A stretch of 29,507 nt of DNA from Campylobacterota bacterium (GTDB lineage: Bacteria > Campylobacterota > Campylobacteria > Campylobacterales > Sulfurimonadaceae). The position numbers were made by a program, and so were the translations under genes. Position 1 is the first letter of the stretch. Every line of letters starts with the position of its first letter. The DNA is taken from contig JAYEKO010000083.1 in NCBI GenBank assembly GCA_034661055.1, positions 1-29,507 on the forward strand, written 5' to 3'. Under the pieces are notes generated by a model. The model ran no database searches and had not been told where the DNA came from. It saw only the letters and a list, made by a program, of their open reading frames with translations. This document shows, piece after piece, positions 8,275 through 18,572 of the stretch.

Positions 8275-8996
8275 TGCAAAAGTTTGTTGATTGTACATTA
8301 AATGCTCTTGTAGAGATTAACAGTACAATTGACTTTAAAAACATAGAGCTATTTGCACACTCTAGCATTGGTGCTGGTGGTGATATCAGCAGTGGTTTTG
8401 ATTTAATGGCTGAATCTATTTTTGTATCACATTTGAGCTCTTTTGGTAAAATTATTTCTGAAGAGAACGGTGTTATTGGAAGTGGTCAAGATGTCATTAT
8501 ACTCGATCCGATAGATGGCAGTGATAATATAGCTTCTATATTCCCTTACTATGGAGCTTCTATTGCTTTGCAGCGTTTAGGATGCACCATTGCGGCGGTT
8601 ATCTGTAATTTTGCTACAAAAGAGTGTTTTGTACGTTTTAGCAGTAATTTTTATCAGACATTTTTACATGATTTTACATGTAAAAATACCATTAAACTAC
8701 ACTCCTTTTCTAAGGTTGGAATTTTTGAAAAATCTCATGAGAATCTTGATTTTGCAAAAAATTTAATTAATGAAGGTCTAAAATTTAGATCGCCAGGTGC
8801 TGTTGCACTATCATTAGCCTATGCACACTATGTCAATTATGTACTTTTTTTAGGTACAATTCGTAATTATGATGTTGAAGCAGGACTGTATTTGTGTAAA
8901 GATTTACACTGTTACAGAGCAGATGAGGTTCTTCTCATCTCAAAAGACAGAGACATATTTGAGACTATATTAACATTTATTAAGGAATCTTTATGA
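8274..8996 (+). CDS. Inositol monophosphatase / FBPase superfamily protein
   Basis: ISEE and ILDPIDGS metal-binding motifs, RSPGAVAL and YDVEAG; GTG start overlaps the gltD stop. Confidence 0.8.
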   Translation: MQKFVDCTLNALVEINSTIDFKNIELFAHSSIGAGGDISSGFDLMAESIFVSHLSSFGKIISEENGVIGSGQDVIILDPIDGSDNIASIFPYYGASIALQRLGCTIAAVICNFATKECFVRFSSNFYQTFLHDFTCKNTIKLHSFSKVGIFEKSHENLDFAKNLINEGLKFRSPGAVALSLAYAHYVNYVLFLGTIRNYDVEAGLYLCKDLHCYRADEVLLISKDRDIFETILTFIKESL

Positions 8997-9832
8997 GTTT
9001 ATTAGATTTTTTCAGTACAAAAAAGAATCAGCCAGATCAGAGTGAAGCTGCATCACATTGGATTAAGTGTAAGTCTTGTGAGTCGTTGATGTACTACAAA
9101 GAGATTGAAAAACAGCACTATGTTTGCCCTAAATGTGCTCATCACATTCGTATTGGTGTTAATGAGCGTCTCTCTATTCTTGCCGATGAAGGTAGTTTTG
9201 TTGAGTATGATGCTGATTTAAAACCTGTTGATCCTCTAAAATTTGTTGATAAAAAAAGTTATGTAAAACGAATTGAAGAGGGTATTAAAAAGACAGGGCG
9301 ATACTCTTCTGTAGTAAGTGGTTCAGCTACTATTAATGATGTTGCTGTTGAACTTGTAGTTTTCGACTTTGCATTTATGGGCGGTTCACTGGGTTCTGTT
9401 GAGGGTGAGAAGATTGTTCGTGCGGTTAATCGTGCTATTGAAAATCGCTGTGGTCTTATTATTGTTAGTGCAAGTGGTGGCGCTCGAATGCAAGAGAGTA
9501 CTTACTCTTTAATGCAGATGAGTAAGACATCCGCAGCACTTGCACGGCTTTCAGCTAATAAATTACCATACATATCACTATTAACAGATCCAACAATGGG
9601 TGGTGTTAGTGCCTCCTTTGCAAGCTTGGGTGATATTATTATTGCTGAGCCAGGTGCACTTATTGGGTTTGCAGGGGCACGTGTAATTCAGCAAACTATT
9701 GGAGCAGATCTACCAGATGGTTTTCAGCGTGCGGAGTTTTTGCTTGAGAAAGGCTCTATTGATATGATTGTCGATCGCAATGAGATGAAAAAGACACTTG
9801 CAGATATTCTAACAATATGTAAAACTGCTTAA
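8993..9832 (+). CDS. accD: Acetyl-CoA carboxylase carboxyltransferase beta subunit
   Basis: WIKCKSC...VCPKC zinc ribbon, [41 protein letters not shown]. Confidence 0.97.
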   Translation: MSLLDFFSTKKNQPDQSEAASHWIKCKSCESLMYYKEIEKQHYVCPKCAHHIRIGVNERLSILADEGSFVEYDADLKPVDPLKFVDKKSYVKRIEEGIKKTGRYSSVVSGSATINDVAVELVVFDFAFMGGSLGSVEGEKIVRAVNRAIENRCGLIIVSASGGARMQESTYSLMQMSKTSAALARLSANKLPYISLLTDPTMGGVSASFASLGDIIIAEPGALIGFAGARVIQQTIGADLPDGFQRAEFLLEKGSIDMIVDRNEMKKTLADILTICKTA

Positions 9833-9845
9833 ACCACGGTTTCAT

Positions 9846-10409
9846 ATGGAGTTATATGCCCTCTGCGACCAAGAGACTTTAACCAGAAAAGAGATTAATT
9901 TATCTACTTTTGTTGATTTATGTAAAAAACATAACGCATCTGTTGTTCAGTATAGAGATAAATCTTCTGATATGACAGAGATAAAAAAAAATTTAATTAA
10001 GCTTCGAAATTCATATAGTGGCTACATAATAATTAATGATATTATAGAATTGGTACCATTTTGTGACGGTATTCATTTAGGACAAGAGGATTTAAAAGAA
10101 ATTGACTCTAATATTTCTAATGCTGTAAAAAAAGTACGAGAACTTATTGGCGATGATAAACTTTTAGGAATCTCAACCCACAACAAAGAAGAGATTGAAA
10201 TAGCAAATACGCTTCCTTTAAACTATATTGGTCTAGGTGCTTATCGTACCACTATAACTAAAGATGTCAGTACTGTTTTGGGTGATAGTCTTGATGATTT
10301 AGCTGCACTTTCTAAGCATGATGTTGCCGCTATTGGTGGTGTTGATTTTGATGATACTTTTAAGAATGTAAAATATAGAGTGATGGGCACAGCACTATAT
10401 GAAGGTTAA
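9846..10409 (+). CDS. thiE: Thiamine-phosphate synthase
   Basis: [29 protein letters not shown]...TTITK and AAIGG motifs. Confidence 0.88.
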   Translation: MELYALCDQETLTRKEINLSTFVDLCKKHNASVVQYRDKSSDMTEIKKNLIKLRNSYSGYIIINDIIELVPFCDGIHLGQEDLKEIDSNISNAVKKVRELIGDDKLLGISTHNKEEIEIANTLPLNYIGLGAYRTTITKDVSTVLGDSLDDLAALSKHDVAAIGGVDFDDTFKNVKYRVMGTALYEG

Positions 10410-10857
10410 TATCTACTCTATTGCCAAAAAAGAGCGGTCAATTTATGATCCACTCTATAAAGATATGCTAAAAATGATCTCAAAATTTACAAAAATAGAA
10501 GATGTTGAACTTTTCCCAAAAAGTGTTACAAAAGCACACACTGTTTCAAAAAGTGCCTCACAGACGGCTTATTCAAACGTTTTATCACCACACTTAAAAG
10601 GTGGATATTGTGTTGTTTTGCATACTGATGGAAAAATAATGGATAGTTTTGAATTTAGTAAGCTTTTAAGTGATAAAATGGCGGTGAATTTTTTCATAGG
10701 TGGTGCCTACGGATTTGAAGATGCATTTGTCAAAAAATGTGACAAAGCAGTGAGTCTTAGCAATCTTACGATGAGTCATAAGATTGCTAAGGCTGTTTTA
10801 CTTGAGCAGATTTACCGTGGGTTTTCAATTTTGAATAATCACCCCTATCATAAATAA
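10399..10857 (+). CDS. rlmH: 23S rRNA pseudouridine-1915 N3-methyltransferase (SPOUT)
   Basis: [37 protein letters not shown]-terminus. Confidence 0.95.
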   Translation: MKVNIYSIAKKERSIYDPLYKDMLKMISKFTKIEDVELFPKSVTKAHTVSKSASQTAYSNVLSPHLKGGYCVVLHTDGKIMDSFEFSKLLSDKMAVNFFIGGAYGFEDAFVKKCDKAVSLSNLTMSHKIAKAVLLEQIYRGFSILNNHPYHK

Positions 10858-10866
10858 GGAGAATAG

Positions 10867-11220
10867 GTGAGAGACAGCGAATTAGAATATTTTAGTGAAA
10901 TATTAAAAGATAGACGTGCACAAATAATTAAAAATATTAATGGTGTTGAAGATGAAATTACACAACTTCGAGGTTTAGAACTTAATGATGAGGGCGATTA
11001 TGCTTCTGTAAGTAACAATAATCTTATTGAAAGTGCGATTGGCACGCAGCAAGAGTTAGAATTAATGGAGATAGAGATTGCATTGGCTAAAATAAGTAAT
11101 GGTGAGTATGGAGTGTGCGAAATGTGTGAAGAAGACATTGGCTCTTTGCGTTTAAAAGTAAAAGCACATGCAAAGTACTGTATTGACTGTAGGGGAATTG
11201 CAGAAAAAAATAACTTATAA
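10867..11220 (+). CDS. dksA: RNA polymerase-binding protein DksA
   Basis: Coiled-coil tip DEGD and four-Cys zinc finger YGVCEMC...RL...CIDC; GTG start with GGAG upstream. Confidence 0.92.
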   Translation: MRDSELEYFSEILKDRRAQIIKNINGVEDEITQLRGLELNDEGDYASVSNNNLIESAIGTQQELELMEIEIALAKISNGEYGVCEMCEEDIGSLRLKVKAHAKYCIDCRGIAEKNNL

Positions 11221-11236
11221 ATAAAAAGGGGATTTT

Positions 11237-12250
11237 ATGCGTCTTAAGCGTTATATGTTTGCATCAATAGTTTTGATGGGTTTGGTAGGTTGGTATGTAA
11301 ATGCATTCATATCACAAGATATTACAAATCTAGAATTTTTTGGAGTACATCTTCCTCCTATGCCTGTAGCAATATGGGTTGTTTTACCAATGTTTATTTT
11401 ATTTATATGCTCTCTTTTTCATATGATATTCTATTCGGTGGCAGGAAGCTTTAAACTACGTGCATATAGAAAAGACTATGATAAGCTTGTTGTTGCAATT
11501 TCTGATGCATACTTAGGTAAAGTGCACAATAACCCTAGTTTTAAGACAGAACGTTATAAGCTGCTAGGCTCTTTGCTGTGTGGTAGTAAGATTGTACCTT
11601 CAGAGAAGCTTTTTGTCTCAGGTGATAGTCATGTTGATAGAGCACTAGAGATACTACGTGACGTAGAAAATGGTGACGTTGTTGATTTAAGTAAATATTA
11701 CCTGTTGCCAACAAACCCATTAGTCATTGATAATCAGTTTAACCGTTATAAAAAGGGTGATGTTACTGCAGAGAGTATTCTTAATGACAAAACACGTTAT
11801 ACTGCTCAACATAAAAAGGTGGCATATAACGACTTAATAGAAGTGGGAACATTAGATACTATTAAAAAACACAAAGAATTTATGAGTAAAGATACTTTGT
11901 GTACTATCATAAGTAGAATTAATGCAGAAGATAACGCTTTAGACATCTCAAATGAGCAACTTATGGAGTTAATGAATAGTGTTGATTTAACAGAGCAGGA
12001 CTATATTGATATATCTGCTATTCTTGCAAACAATATGATTCCTGATCAACGTTTAAAACTATTTGAGAAACTATCAGAAAAAGATGAGACAGCGCTGTCC
12101 GCTTATATATATACCCTTTATGATGTTGAGATGATTGAACTTGCCAATGAGGTATTAGATAATTCTCAGGCTAATGACTTCTTAAAATTTAAAGCGTACC
12201 GTGCTTTAAAAGAGGCAAATAAACATTTTGATATAAAACTATTTGTATAA
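11237..12250 (+). CDS. Conserved hypothetical membrane protein (two N-terminal TM helices, LapA-like; soluble C-terminal region)
   Basis: 337-aa ORF with GGGG SD; two hydrophobic segments joined by FFGVHLPPMPVAIW; acidic, probably helical remainder. Confidence 0.65.
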   Translation: MRLKRYMFASIVLMGLVGWYVNAFISQDITNLEFFGVHLPPMPVAIWVVLPMFILFICSLFHMIFYSVAGSFKLRAYRKDYDKLVVAISDAYLGKVHNNPSFKTERYKLLGSLLCGSKIVPSEKLFVSGDSHVDRALEILRDVENGDVVDLSKYYLLPTNPLVIDNQFNRYKKGDVTAESILNDKTRYTAQHKKVAYNDLIEVGTLDTIKKHKEFMSKDTLCTIISRINAEDNALDISNEQLMELMNSVDLTEQDYIDISAILANNMIPDQRLKLFEKLSEKDETALSAYIYTLYDVEMIELANEVLDNSQANDFLKFKAYRALKEANKHFDIKLFV

Positions 12251-12264
12251 CAGATACTATCTTC

Positions 12265-12298
12265 AGCTAAGAGAGACTTGGCTCTCTTAGCTTTATTT
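12265..12298 (+). terminator. Intrinsic terminator closing the gltB...dksA-hypothetical run
   Basis: Perfect 11-bp stem AGCTAAGAGAG (12265-12275)/CTCTCTTAGCT (12282-12292), 6-nt loop, followed by TTATTT. Confidence 0.8.
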
Positions 12299-12306
12299 GC
12301 TAAAAT
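12298..12306 (+). promoter_or_regulatory. Extended -10 (TGCTAAAAT) for dusB
   Basis: TGn-TAAAAT directly after the terminator, 27 nt before the ATG. Confidence 0.5.
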
Positions 12307-12333
12307 TCAAAAAAATATAATTACAGAGTCTTC

Positions 12334-13275
12334 ATGTTAAAACAGTTATTTACAGATCAACCTATTTATGTACTTGCACCACTTGCCGGATTTACCGACC
12401 TTCCTTTTAGAAGTGTTGTGAAAAAGTTTGGAGCCGATTTGACAGTGAGCGAGATGATAAGCTCGAATGCACTGGCGCATAACTCACAAAAAACCTTTAA
12501 AATGTTGGAAAAAAGTTCTAATGAAGATCCCTATTCTGTGCAGTTGGCAGCAGCAGAGGTAGATATATTAGAGCAAGCTGTTGATGTGTTAAATGATCAA
12601 GATGGCATTGATATTATTGATTTTAATTGTGGATGTCCTGTTCCAAAGGTCGTGGGGCACGGTTCTGGAAGTTCACTGCTTTGTGATCTTGTGCATATGG
12701 GACGTCTAATTGAAGCCTTAAAAAAACGTTCAAAAAAACAGCTTACAAGTGTTAAAGTACGTTTGGGATTTGAAGAGAAAAATCATTTAGAGATTGCAAA
12801 AATTGTTGAGCAGAGTGGTGCAGATTTTATTGCAGTTCATGGACGCACACGTGCTGGAAAATTTAAGGCTGAAGTTGATTATGATGCTATAGCTGAGATG
12901 AAGGCTACACTCTCTATTCCAGTTATTGCCAATGGAGATATTGATTCATTTCAAAAGGCTCAGTGGGTTCTTAAGCATACTAAGGCTGATGGTGCTATGA
13001 TTGGACGTGGAGCAGTTGGCAAGCCTTGGATTTTTCACCAGCTTAAAACAGGTGAAAGTTATGTTGAAGAGGCTTTAAAGCATGAGATTATTATGGAGCA
13101 CTTTGATAAGATGATTGAGTTCTATGGTAATCATGGAGTGCCTATGTTTAGAAAGCATATTCACACCTATTCTAAGGGTGGCTATAAAGGCGCTTCAGCT
13201 CTTCGCAATGATGTAAACACTATTTCTGATCCTACAGAGTTTCGTAAGGTCATTGATGAGTTCTTTAGAGTTTAG
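12334..13275 (+). CDS. dusB: tRNA-dihydrouridine synthase DusB
   Basis: LAPLAGFTDLPFR, IDFNCGCP, VKVRLG, AVHGRTR, IANGDI, MIGRGA. Confidence 0.93.
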   Translation: MLKQLFTDQPIYVLAPLAGFTDLPFRSVVKKFGADLTVSEMISSNALAHNSQKTFKMLEKSSNEDPYSVQLAAAEVDILEQAVDVLNDQDGIDIIDFNCGCPVPKVVGHGSGSSLLCDLVHMGRLIEALKKRSKKQLTSVKVRLGFEEKNHLEIAKIVEQSGADFIAVHGRTRAGKFKAEVDYDAIAEMKATLSIPVIANGDIDSFQKAQWVLKHTKADGAMIGRGAVGKPWIFHQLKTGESYVEEALKHEIIMEHFDKMIEFYGNHGVPMFRKHIHTYSKGGYKGASALRNDVNTISDPTEFRKVIDEFFRV

Positions 13276-14131
13276 ACCCTTCTTGTATCTCTATCTCATC
13301 AATATCAAATCCTGATGCCTTGTCCTTGTAGGACTCAAAAGCACCACTCTCTTTCTTAATTTTTAGAAATTCATCAAGTTCTTGATGCTTAGAGTCAAGC
13401 ATCTCATCAAACTCATTTTGAGTTCTTACTTGATCGGCATCAAATCTATCTAATAGTAGATTACTGTTTCCTACAACCACCAAATAGCTTTCTTGACCAT
13501 ATTCAAGCATAACAACTTTATTGTTGGTGTCAATTGATTTTTGGAAACGGATATTGACATCATTATGCATCTTATCACTTTTGGTAAAAGTAGAAGGATG
13601 TTTCTCTTTTTTACTGCCAACTTTGGTAAGTCGTTGTTTAAAAATAAGAAGTAGTACAATTCCAAGAAGTAACAGCGCAATAACAATCATATAGCTTGTT
13701 GAAATTTGAGTATCAGGTTTTGTGGGAAAGTTGCTTAAATTAGAAGGTGTATCACCATTTTTTGTACTGCTTGCTACCTTTGTCATGAAGCGAAGGCGTA
13801 GACCGTAGCCATCTGATGTTTTTGAAGCTTTCATTCCAATATTAGAAGCTATTTTAGCGATAATTTGTACTTCATTTTCAATAGGAGCAATGGTAAGCTT
13901 ACTTACATATTCTGATGAGATATTTTTTATTTTTGGAGATTCAATATTTGTGTTTTCAAGCTTGATAATAATTTTATTGTGATGAGACTTTTGGGTAATT
14001 GAACCTTTAAATGGGGTGTCGAATGTAAACATAACGTCCACTCGGTCACTTCTGTCGTAAATATTGTAGCTTAAGATATTAGCACTAAAAAGTGAACTTA
14101 TGCATAGGGTTAAAATAAGTAAAAATTTCAT
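13265..14131 (-). CDS. fliO: Flagellar biogenesis protein FliO (epsilon type with periplasmic N-terminal domain)
   Basis: Signal peptide, periplasmic domain, one TM helix, then FliO-like IRFQKSID..NKVVMLEYG..YLVVVG; immediately downstream of fliN as in Helicobacter/Campylobacter. Confidence 0.7.
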   Translation of the reverse strand: MKFLLILTLCISSLFSANILSYNIYDRSDRVDVMFTFDTPFKGSITQKSHHNKIIIKLENTNIESPKIKNISSEYVSKLTIAPIENEVQIIAKIASNIGMKASKTSDGYGLRLRFMTKVASSTKNGDTPSNLSNFPTKPDTQISTSYMIVIALLLLGIVLLLIFKQRLTKVGSKKEKHPSTFTKSDKMHNDVNIRFQKSIDTNNKVVMLEYGQESYLVVVGNSNLLLDRFDADQVRTQNEFDEMLDSKHQELDEFLKIKKESGAFESYKDKASGFDIDEIEIQEGSKL

Positions 14132-14451
14132 TATTTCTCTTTTGATAGGTAGTACAAAACAGCACTAGAGTCAAGTACCTCATTGATACGAATTGCAAGG
14201 TTCTTCTCATAAACCATCACTTCACCTTTACCAATAATTCGTCCATTAACATAAGACTCAACACTTTCACCTGCAGGTTTTTTAAGATCAATGACAGAGC
14301 CTTTTTCAAGTTTAAGAATTTCAGAGACACTAAGCATAGTTTCACCAAGGTCAGATATGAACTCGACTTCCATGTCTAAGAGACCTTCATAGTCCATCCA
14401 AGCTAATTCACTGGCAATATCAATCTCTTCAGTATTACTCTCATCAGACAT
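14131..14451 (-). CDS. fliN: Flagellar motor switch protein FliN (SpoA domain)
   Basis: LG...ILKLEKGSVIDL..PAGESVE.YVNG..IGKGEVMV....AIRI SpoA signature. Confidence 0.92.
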   Translation of the reverse strand: MSDESNTEEIDIASELAWMDYEGLLDMEVEFISDLGETMLSVSEILKLEKGSVIDLKKPAGESVESYVNGRIIGKGEVMVYEKNLAIRINEVLDSSAVLYYLSKEK

Positions 14452-14453
14452 GC

Positions 14454-14873
14454 TTAAAGCTCCTTAGTCGCTACTATAAATGTGTTGTTGTTAATTTCAA
14501 ATGTATGTTTTTCATCATATGCCATATTAAAAGATTTAACTCCTTCACTAAATGGTGTCTCTATTGTAAATTCACTATTGGAACCTTCAGCTAAGACTTT
14601 AGCACTACCAATAATCATATTGCTTGTCTCTAATGACATCTCAGTAAGTGTCCGTTCATCTGAGTTCTCTTCACCTAAAAATAGTTCTATTATCTGTTGT
14701 AAAAGTGCTTCTTGCATAGCAATATATATACGATGCTTAGTATTAATAGAGCTGTTTATATCAATATAAGCAATTACTGTTCTCAATTTATCATTATGAT
14801 CAATTCTTTGGCAAGTTGTTCCCATCTGATGTTGAAAAAAGTTCTCAGTCGCAGTCGAAATATATTCAATCAT
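14454..14873 (-). CDS. CheX-family chemotaxis phosphatase-like protein
   Basis: ExxN motif in EMSLETSNMIIGSAK and F.I.TP strand; 139 aa; first gene of the fliN-fliO unit. Confidence 0.7.
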   Translation of the reverse strand: MIEYISTATENFFQHQMGTTCQRIDHNDKLRTVIAYIDINSSINTKHRIYIAMQEALLQQIIELFLGEENSDERTLTEMSLETSNMIIGSAKVLAEGSNSEFTIETPFSEGVKSFNMAYDEKHTFEINNNTFIVATKEL

Positions 14874-14901
14874 AATGTACCTCAGTTGTTAATTTCATTA
14901 G

Positions 14902-14907
14902 ATTATA
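14902..14907 (-). promoter_or_regulatory. Sigma70-type -10 box (TATAAT) for cheX-fliN-fliO
   Basis: Minus strand reads CCG-TATAAT-CTAATGAAATTAACAACT-GAGG-TACATT-ATG. Confidence 0.55.
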
Positions 14908-14977
14908 CGGAATTGAATGTAAATAACATATTAAAGGTGTGGCTAAAACACTAGGCAGTTTCAAAGGAGAAGTCGTG

Positions 14978-14983
14978 TATAAT
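14978..14983 (+). promoter_or_regulatory. Sigma70-type -10 box (TATAAT) for tauE-uvrA
   Basis: GTG-TATAAT, then AAGGTG SD and ATG at 15005. Confidence 0.55.
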
Positions 14984-15004
14984 CGCGTTATTGTAAGGTG
15001 ATTA

Positions 15005-15745
15005 ATGGTTTTAGAGCTAGGCTTTCTTGGTATTGTTGTTGGAGTACTTTCTGGTTTTTTTGGCATAGGTGGAGGTACGATTTTAGTACCAATACTACTT
15101 TTTATAGGCTTTGATATTAAAACAGCTATTGGTATTTCTGTCATACAGATGGTATTTAGTTCATTGTATGGAAGTTATTTGAATTTTAAAAAAGGTACAC
15201 TTGATTTTCAGATGGTCTTAATCATCGGAGTCGGTGGTTTTTTAGGAGCGCTTTTTAGTTCCTTAGTAATTGCTAATGTTGCTTCAATAACTTTAGAAAT
15301 TGTTTTTTTACTCTTTGTCCTCTTTGCACTAATACGAATGTATTTTAAACCTAAAGAAGATGCAGCTCCTAAACAACCACATTCAGTACTGCTGTTTTTT
15401 ATTGGCTTGGTATTAGGTCTATTTTCCATCTCTATTGGTGTTGGCGGTTCTATTTTGCTAGTGCCTCTTTTGGTAGGTTTTTTACATGTAAGTCTAAAAA
15501 ATGCAATTTCAGCAGGACTATTTTTTGTAGTTTTTTCATCGGTATCGGGTGTAATCAGCTTAGGGTTTGGCGGGACACTTGACTATGAAAGTGGTATTGT
15601 TATTGGGTTAGCGTCACTTCTAGGTGTTGCATTAGGAGTCTGGTTAAAGCACAAGACAAATGATGTCATTCAAAAAAGACTACTGATGATGTTTTATATT
15701 GCAGTAGCGACATATTTATTTTATAGATTGGTGGTAAGTGGTTAA
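15005..15745 (+). CDS. TauE/SafE-family (sulfite exporter-like) membrane protein
   Basis: Two internal repeats SGFFGIGGGTILVP / SISIGVGGSILLVP; about 8 hydrophobic segments. Confidence 0.9.
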   Translation: MVLELGFLGIVVGVLSGFFGIGGGTILVPILLFIGFDIKTAIGISVIQMVFSSLYGSYLNFKKGTLDFQMVLIIGVGGFLGALFSSLVIANVASITLEIVFLLFVLFALIRMYFKPKEDAAPKQPHSVLLFFIGLVLGLFSISIGVGGSILLVPLLVGFLHVSLKNAISAGLFFVVFSSVSGVISLGFGGTLDYESGIVIGLASLLGVALGVWLKHKTNDVIQKRLLMMFYIAVATYLFYRLVVSG

Positions 15746-15746
15746 T

Positions 15747-18557
15747 ATGAATAAGATTAAGATTTATGGAGCAAAAGAGAATAATTTAAAGAACATCTCT
15801 CTAGAAATTCCAAAAAATAAATTAGTAGTATGCACAGGACTTAGTGGTAGCGGTAAGTCAACATTAGCTTTTGATACACTCTATGCAGAGGGTCAGCGTC
15901 GTTATATAGAATCACTCTCTAGTTATGCACGACAGTTTTTGGACCGTATTGGAAAACCTGATGTGGACAAAATTGAAGGCTTAACTCCCGCTATTGCTAT
16001 TGACCAAAAAACTACCTCTAAAAATCCGCGTTCAACCGTAGGAACCATTACCGAAATTTATGACTACTTTAGATTGCTCTATGCTCGCGTAGGAGTGCAG
16101 CACTGCCATAAATGTAATAAACCAATCTCTAAAATGAGTGCAGAAGACATTATTGAGCAGGTTCGACTGCTTCCTGATGGGGCTAAAGTAATCATTTTAG
16201 CACCACTGATTCGTGATAAAAAAGGGAGTTTTAATGATATGTTTGAATCGCTCCGTCATAAAGGTTATGTCCGTGCTATGATAGATGGAGTGATGGTACG
16301 CTTAGATGATGAGATTGAGTTGAGTAAGACAAAAAAGCATACTATTAAAGTTGTTGTTGATCGCATTATTATTAAAGGTGAAAACAAAGAGCGAATTGCT
16401 GCTGATGTGGAACGCACTTTAAAAGAGAGTTATGGTGAAGTGGAACTTGAAATTTTAAACTATGAAGAGGTTGGTTTACCTGAAAAAATCATTCACTATA
16501 GTGAACATAACGCCTGCTTTGACTGTAAAGTAAGTTTTGAACCGCTTGAACCGCTAACATTTTCATTTAACTCTCCAAAGGGTGCTTGTATGGAGTGTGA
16601 TGGTCTTGGAATTCGTTACGCACTAGATCATGATAAAATTATTGATGAAGACCTTTGTATCGAAAAAGGTGCTATTAAAATTGTTTACGGTTTTAATAAA
16701 GGATATTATTTTACTTTTTTAAAGGGCTTCTGTGCGGCAAGCGATATTGACATTACCGTACCTTTTAGCACGCTGGATGAACATCAGAAAAAAGCTATTT
16801 TACACGGTAGTATTAATGAAGTGACATTTAAGTGGAAAAACCATCCTATTAAACGTATTTGGCCAGGCATTGTCCGTATTGCGTATGATATGTTTAAAGA
16901 TGAGAAAGAGTTAGCTGACTATATGAGTGAAAAAGTGTGTGATGTCTGTAACTCTCACCGTCTTCGTCAAGAGAGTTTAGCAGTTGATGTTGCAGGTAAA
17001 AAAATATCAGATATTATTTCACTCCCTATTCAAAAGAGCTATGAGTGGTTTAAAGATAAGAGTAATTTTAGTTATTTAAATAAGCAAGGCACTATGATTG
17101 CTGAACCAATTTTAAATGAAATTCGTGAACGACTCTTCTTTTTGTATGATGTAGGACTTGGCTATCTAACGCTTAATCGTGATGCACGAAGTATTAGTGG
17201 TGGAGAAGCACAGCGCATTAGAATTGCCTCACAAATTGGTAGTGGTCTTACGGGTGTGATGTATGTTTTAGATGAACCAAGTATTGGTCTGCATGAGCGA
17301 GACACTCTAAAGCTTATTCGTACGCTTCGCTCTCTACAAGAAAAAGGTAATACCGTCATAGTTGTTGAGCATGATAAAGAGACAATAGAAAATGCTGATT
17401 ATATTATAGATATTGGTCCAGGTGCTGGAAAGTATGGTGGAGAAGTAGTCTTTAAAGGAACGTTAGCACAACTGCGTAAGGCTAAAACATTAACGGCAGA
17501 CTATTTAAGTGGAAGAAAGAAAATAGAGTACTTTTTTAGGCGGGCTCAAAAAGAGTGGTTAGAACTTAAAAATGTCTCACTTAACAATATTGAAAATTTA
17601 CATGTAAAAATTCCACTGCACAATTTTGTCTGTATTACAGGGGTTAGCGGCAGTGGTAAAAGTTCTCTAATTTTACAGACTCTTTTGCCAACAGCACGAG
17701 AACTTTTAAATCATGCAAGAAAAGTTAAAAAAATTGCGGGTGTTGAGATTGATGGCTTAGATAAACTTGATAAAGTTATTTACTTAGATCAGAGTCCTAT
17801 TGGAAGAACACCACGAAGTAATCCTGCTACTTACACTGGAGTAATGGACGAAATACGTGCACTTTTTGCTAAAACCAAAGAGGCACAAATTCGAGGTTAC
17901 ACTACATCACGTTTTAGTTTTAATGTTAAGGGTGGTCGTTGTGAGAAGTGTCAAGGAGAGGGTGAGCTTAAAATAGAGATGCACTTTTTACCAGATATCT
18001 TAGTGAAGTGTGACTCTTGTAAAGGTAAACGCTATAATGAGCAGTCTTTAGAAGTGGAGTATAAGGGTAAAAATATTGCTGATGTCTTAGCTATGAGTGT
18101 TGAAGAGGCATTAAGCTTTTTTGAGCCTATTCCAAAGATTAAAGCAAAAATGCAGACTCTTTTTGATGTTGGCTTGGGTTACATCACTTTAGGTCAAAAC
18201 GCGGTCACTCTCTCTGGTGGTGAAGCGCAACGAATTAAACTCTCAAAAGAGTTGAGTCGGCGAGATACAGGAAGCACACTTTACATCTTGGATGAACCGA
18301 CAACTGGTCTGCATTTTGATGATGTTAACCGTTTAACTAAGGTGCTACACCATTTTGTAGAGCTAGGAAACTCTGTTTTAGTGATTGAGCATAACTTAGA
18401 TATGGTGAAGAATGCTGACTATATTATAGATATGGGACCTGAAGGGGGAAGTGGCGGTGGAGATATTATTGCAATAGGCTCTCCTGAAGAGTTGGCATCT
18501 ACGCATGAAAAAACTGGAAGTTATACAGGTAAATATTTAGAGAAAGAGTTAAAATAA
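15747..18557 (+). CDS. uvrA: Excinuclease ABC subunit A
   Basis: Two Walker A (GLSGSGKS, GVSGSGKS), SGGEAQRI signatures, LDEP Walker B, zinc fingers. ATG at 15747 preferred over the GTG at 15738. Confidence 0.98.
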   Translation: MNKIKIYGAKENNLKNISLEIPKNKLVVCTGLSGSGKSTLAFDTLYAEGQRRYIESLSSYARQFLDRIGKPDVDKIEGLTPAIAIDQKTTSKNPRSTVGTITEIYDYFRLLYARVGVQHCHKCNKPISKMSAEDIIEQVRLLPDGAKVIILAPLIRDKKGSFNDMFESLRHKGYVRAMIDGVMVRLDDEIELSKTKKHTIKVVVDRIIIKGENKERIAADVERTLKESYGEVELEILNYEEVGLPEKIIHYSEHNACFDCKVSFEPLEPLTFSFNSPKGACMECDGLGIRYALDHDKIIDEDLCIEKGAIKIVYGFNKGYYFTFLKGFCAASDIDITVPFSTLDEHQKKAILHGSINEVTFKWKNHPIKRIWPGIVRIAYDMFKDEKELADYMSEKVCDVCNSHRLRQESLAVDVAGKKISDIISLPIQKSYEWFKDKSNFSYLNKQGTMIAEPILNEIRERLFFLYDVGLGYLTLNRDARSISGGEAQRIRIASQIGSGLTGVMYVLDEPSIGLHERDTLKLIRTLRSLQEKGNTVIVVEHDKETIENADYIIDIGPGAGKYGGEVVFKGTLAQLRKAKTLTADYLSGRKKIEYFFRRAQKEWLELKNVSLNNIENLHVKIPLHNFVCITGVSGSGKSSLILQTLLPTARELLNHARKVKKIAGVEIDGLDKLDKVIYLDQSPIGRTPRSNPATYTGVMDEIRALFAKTKEAQIRGYTTSRFSFNVKGGRCEKCQGEGELKIEMHFLPDILVKCDSCKGKRYNEQSLEVEYKGKNIADVLAMSVEEALSFFEPIPKIKAKMQTLFDVGLGYITLGQNAVTLSGGEAQRIKLSKELSRRDTGSTLYILDEPTTGLHFDDVNRLTKVLHHFVELGNSVLVIEHNLDMVKNADYIIDMGPEGGSGGGDIIAIGSPEELASTHEKTGSYTGKYLEKELK

Positions 18558-18572
18558 GGAAATATGTAAAAT

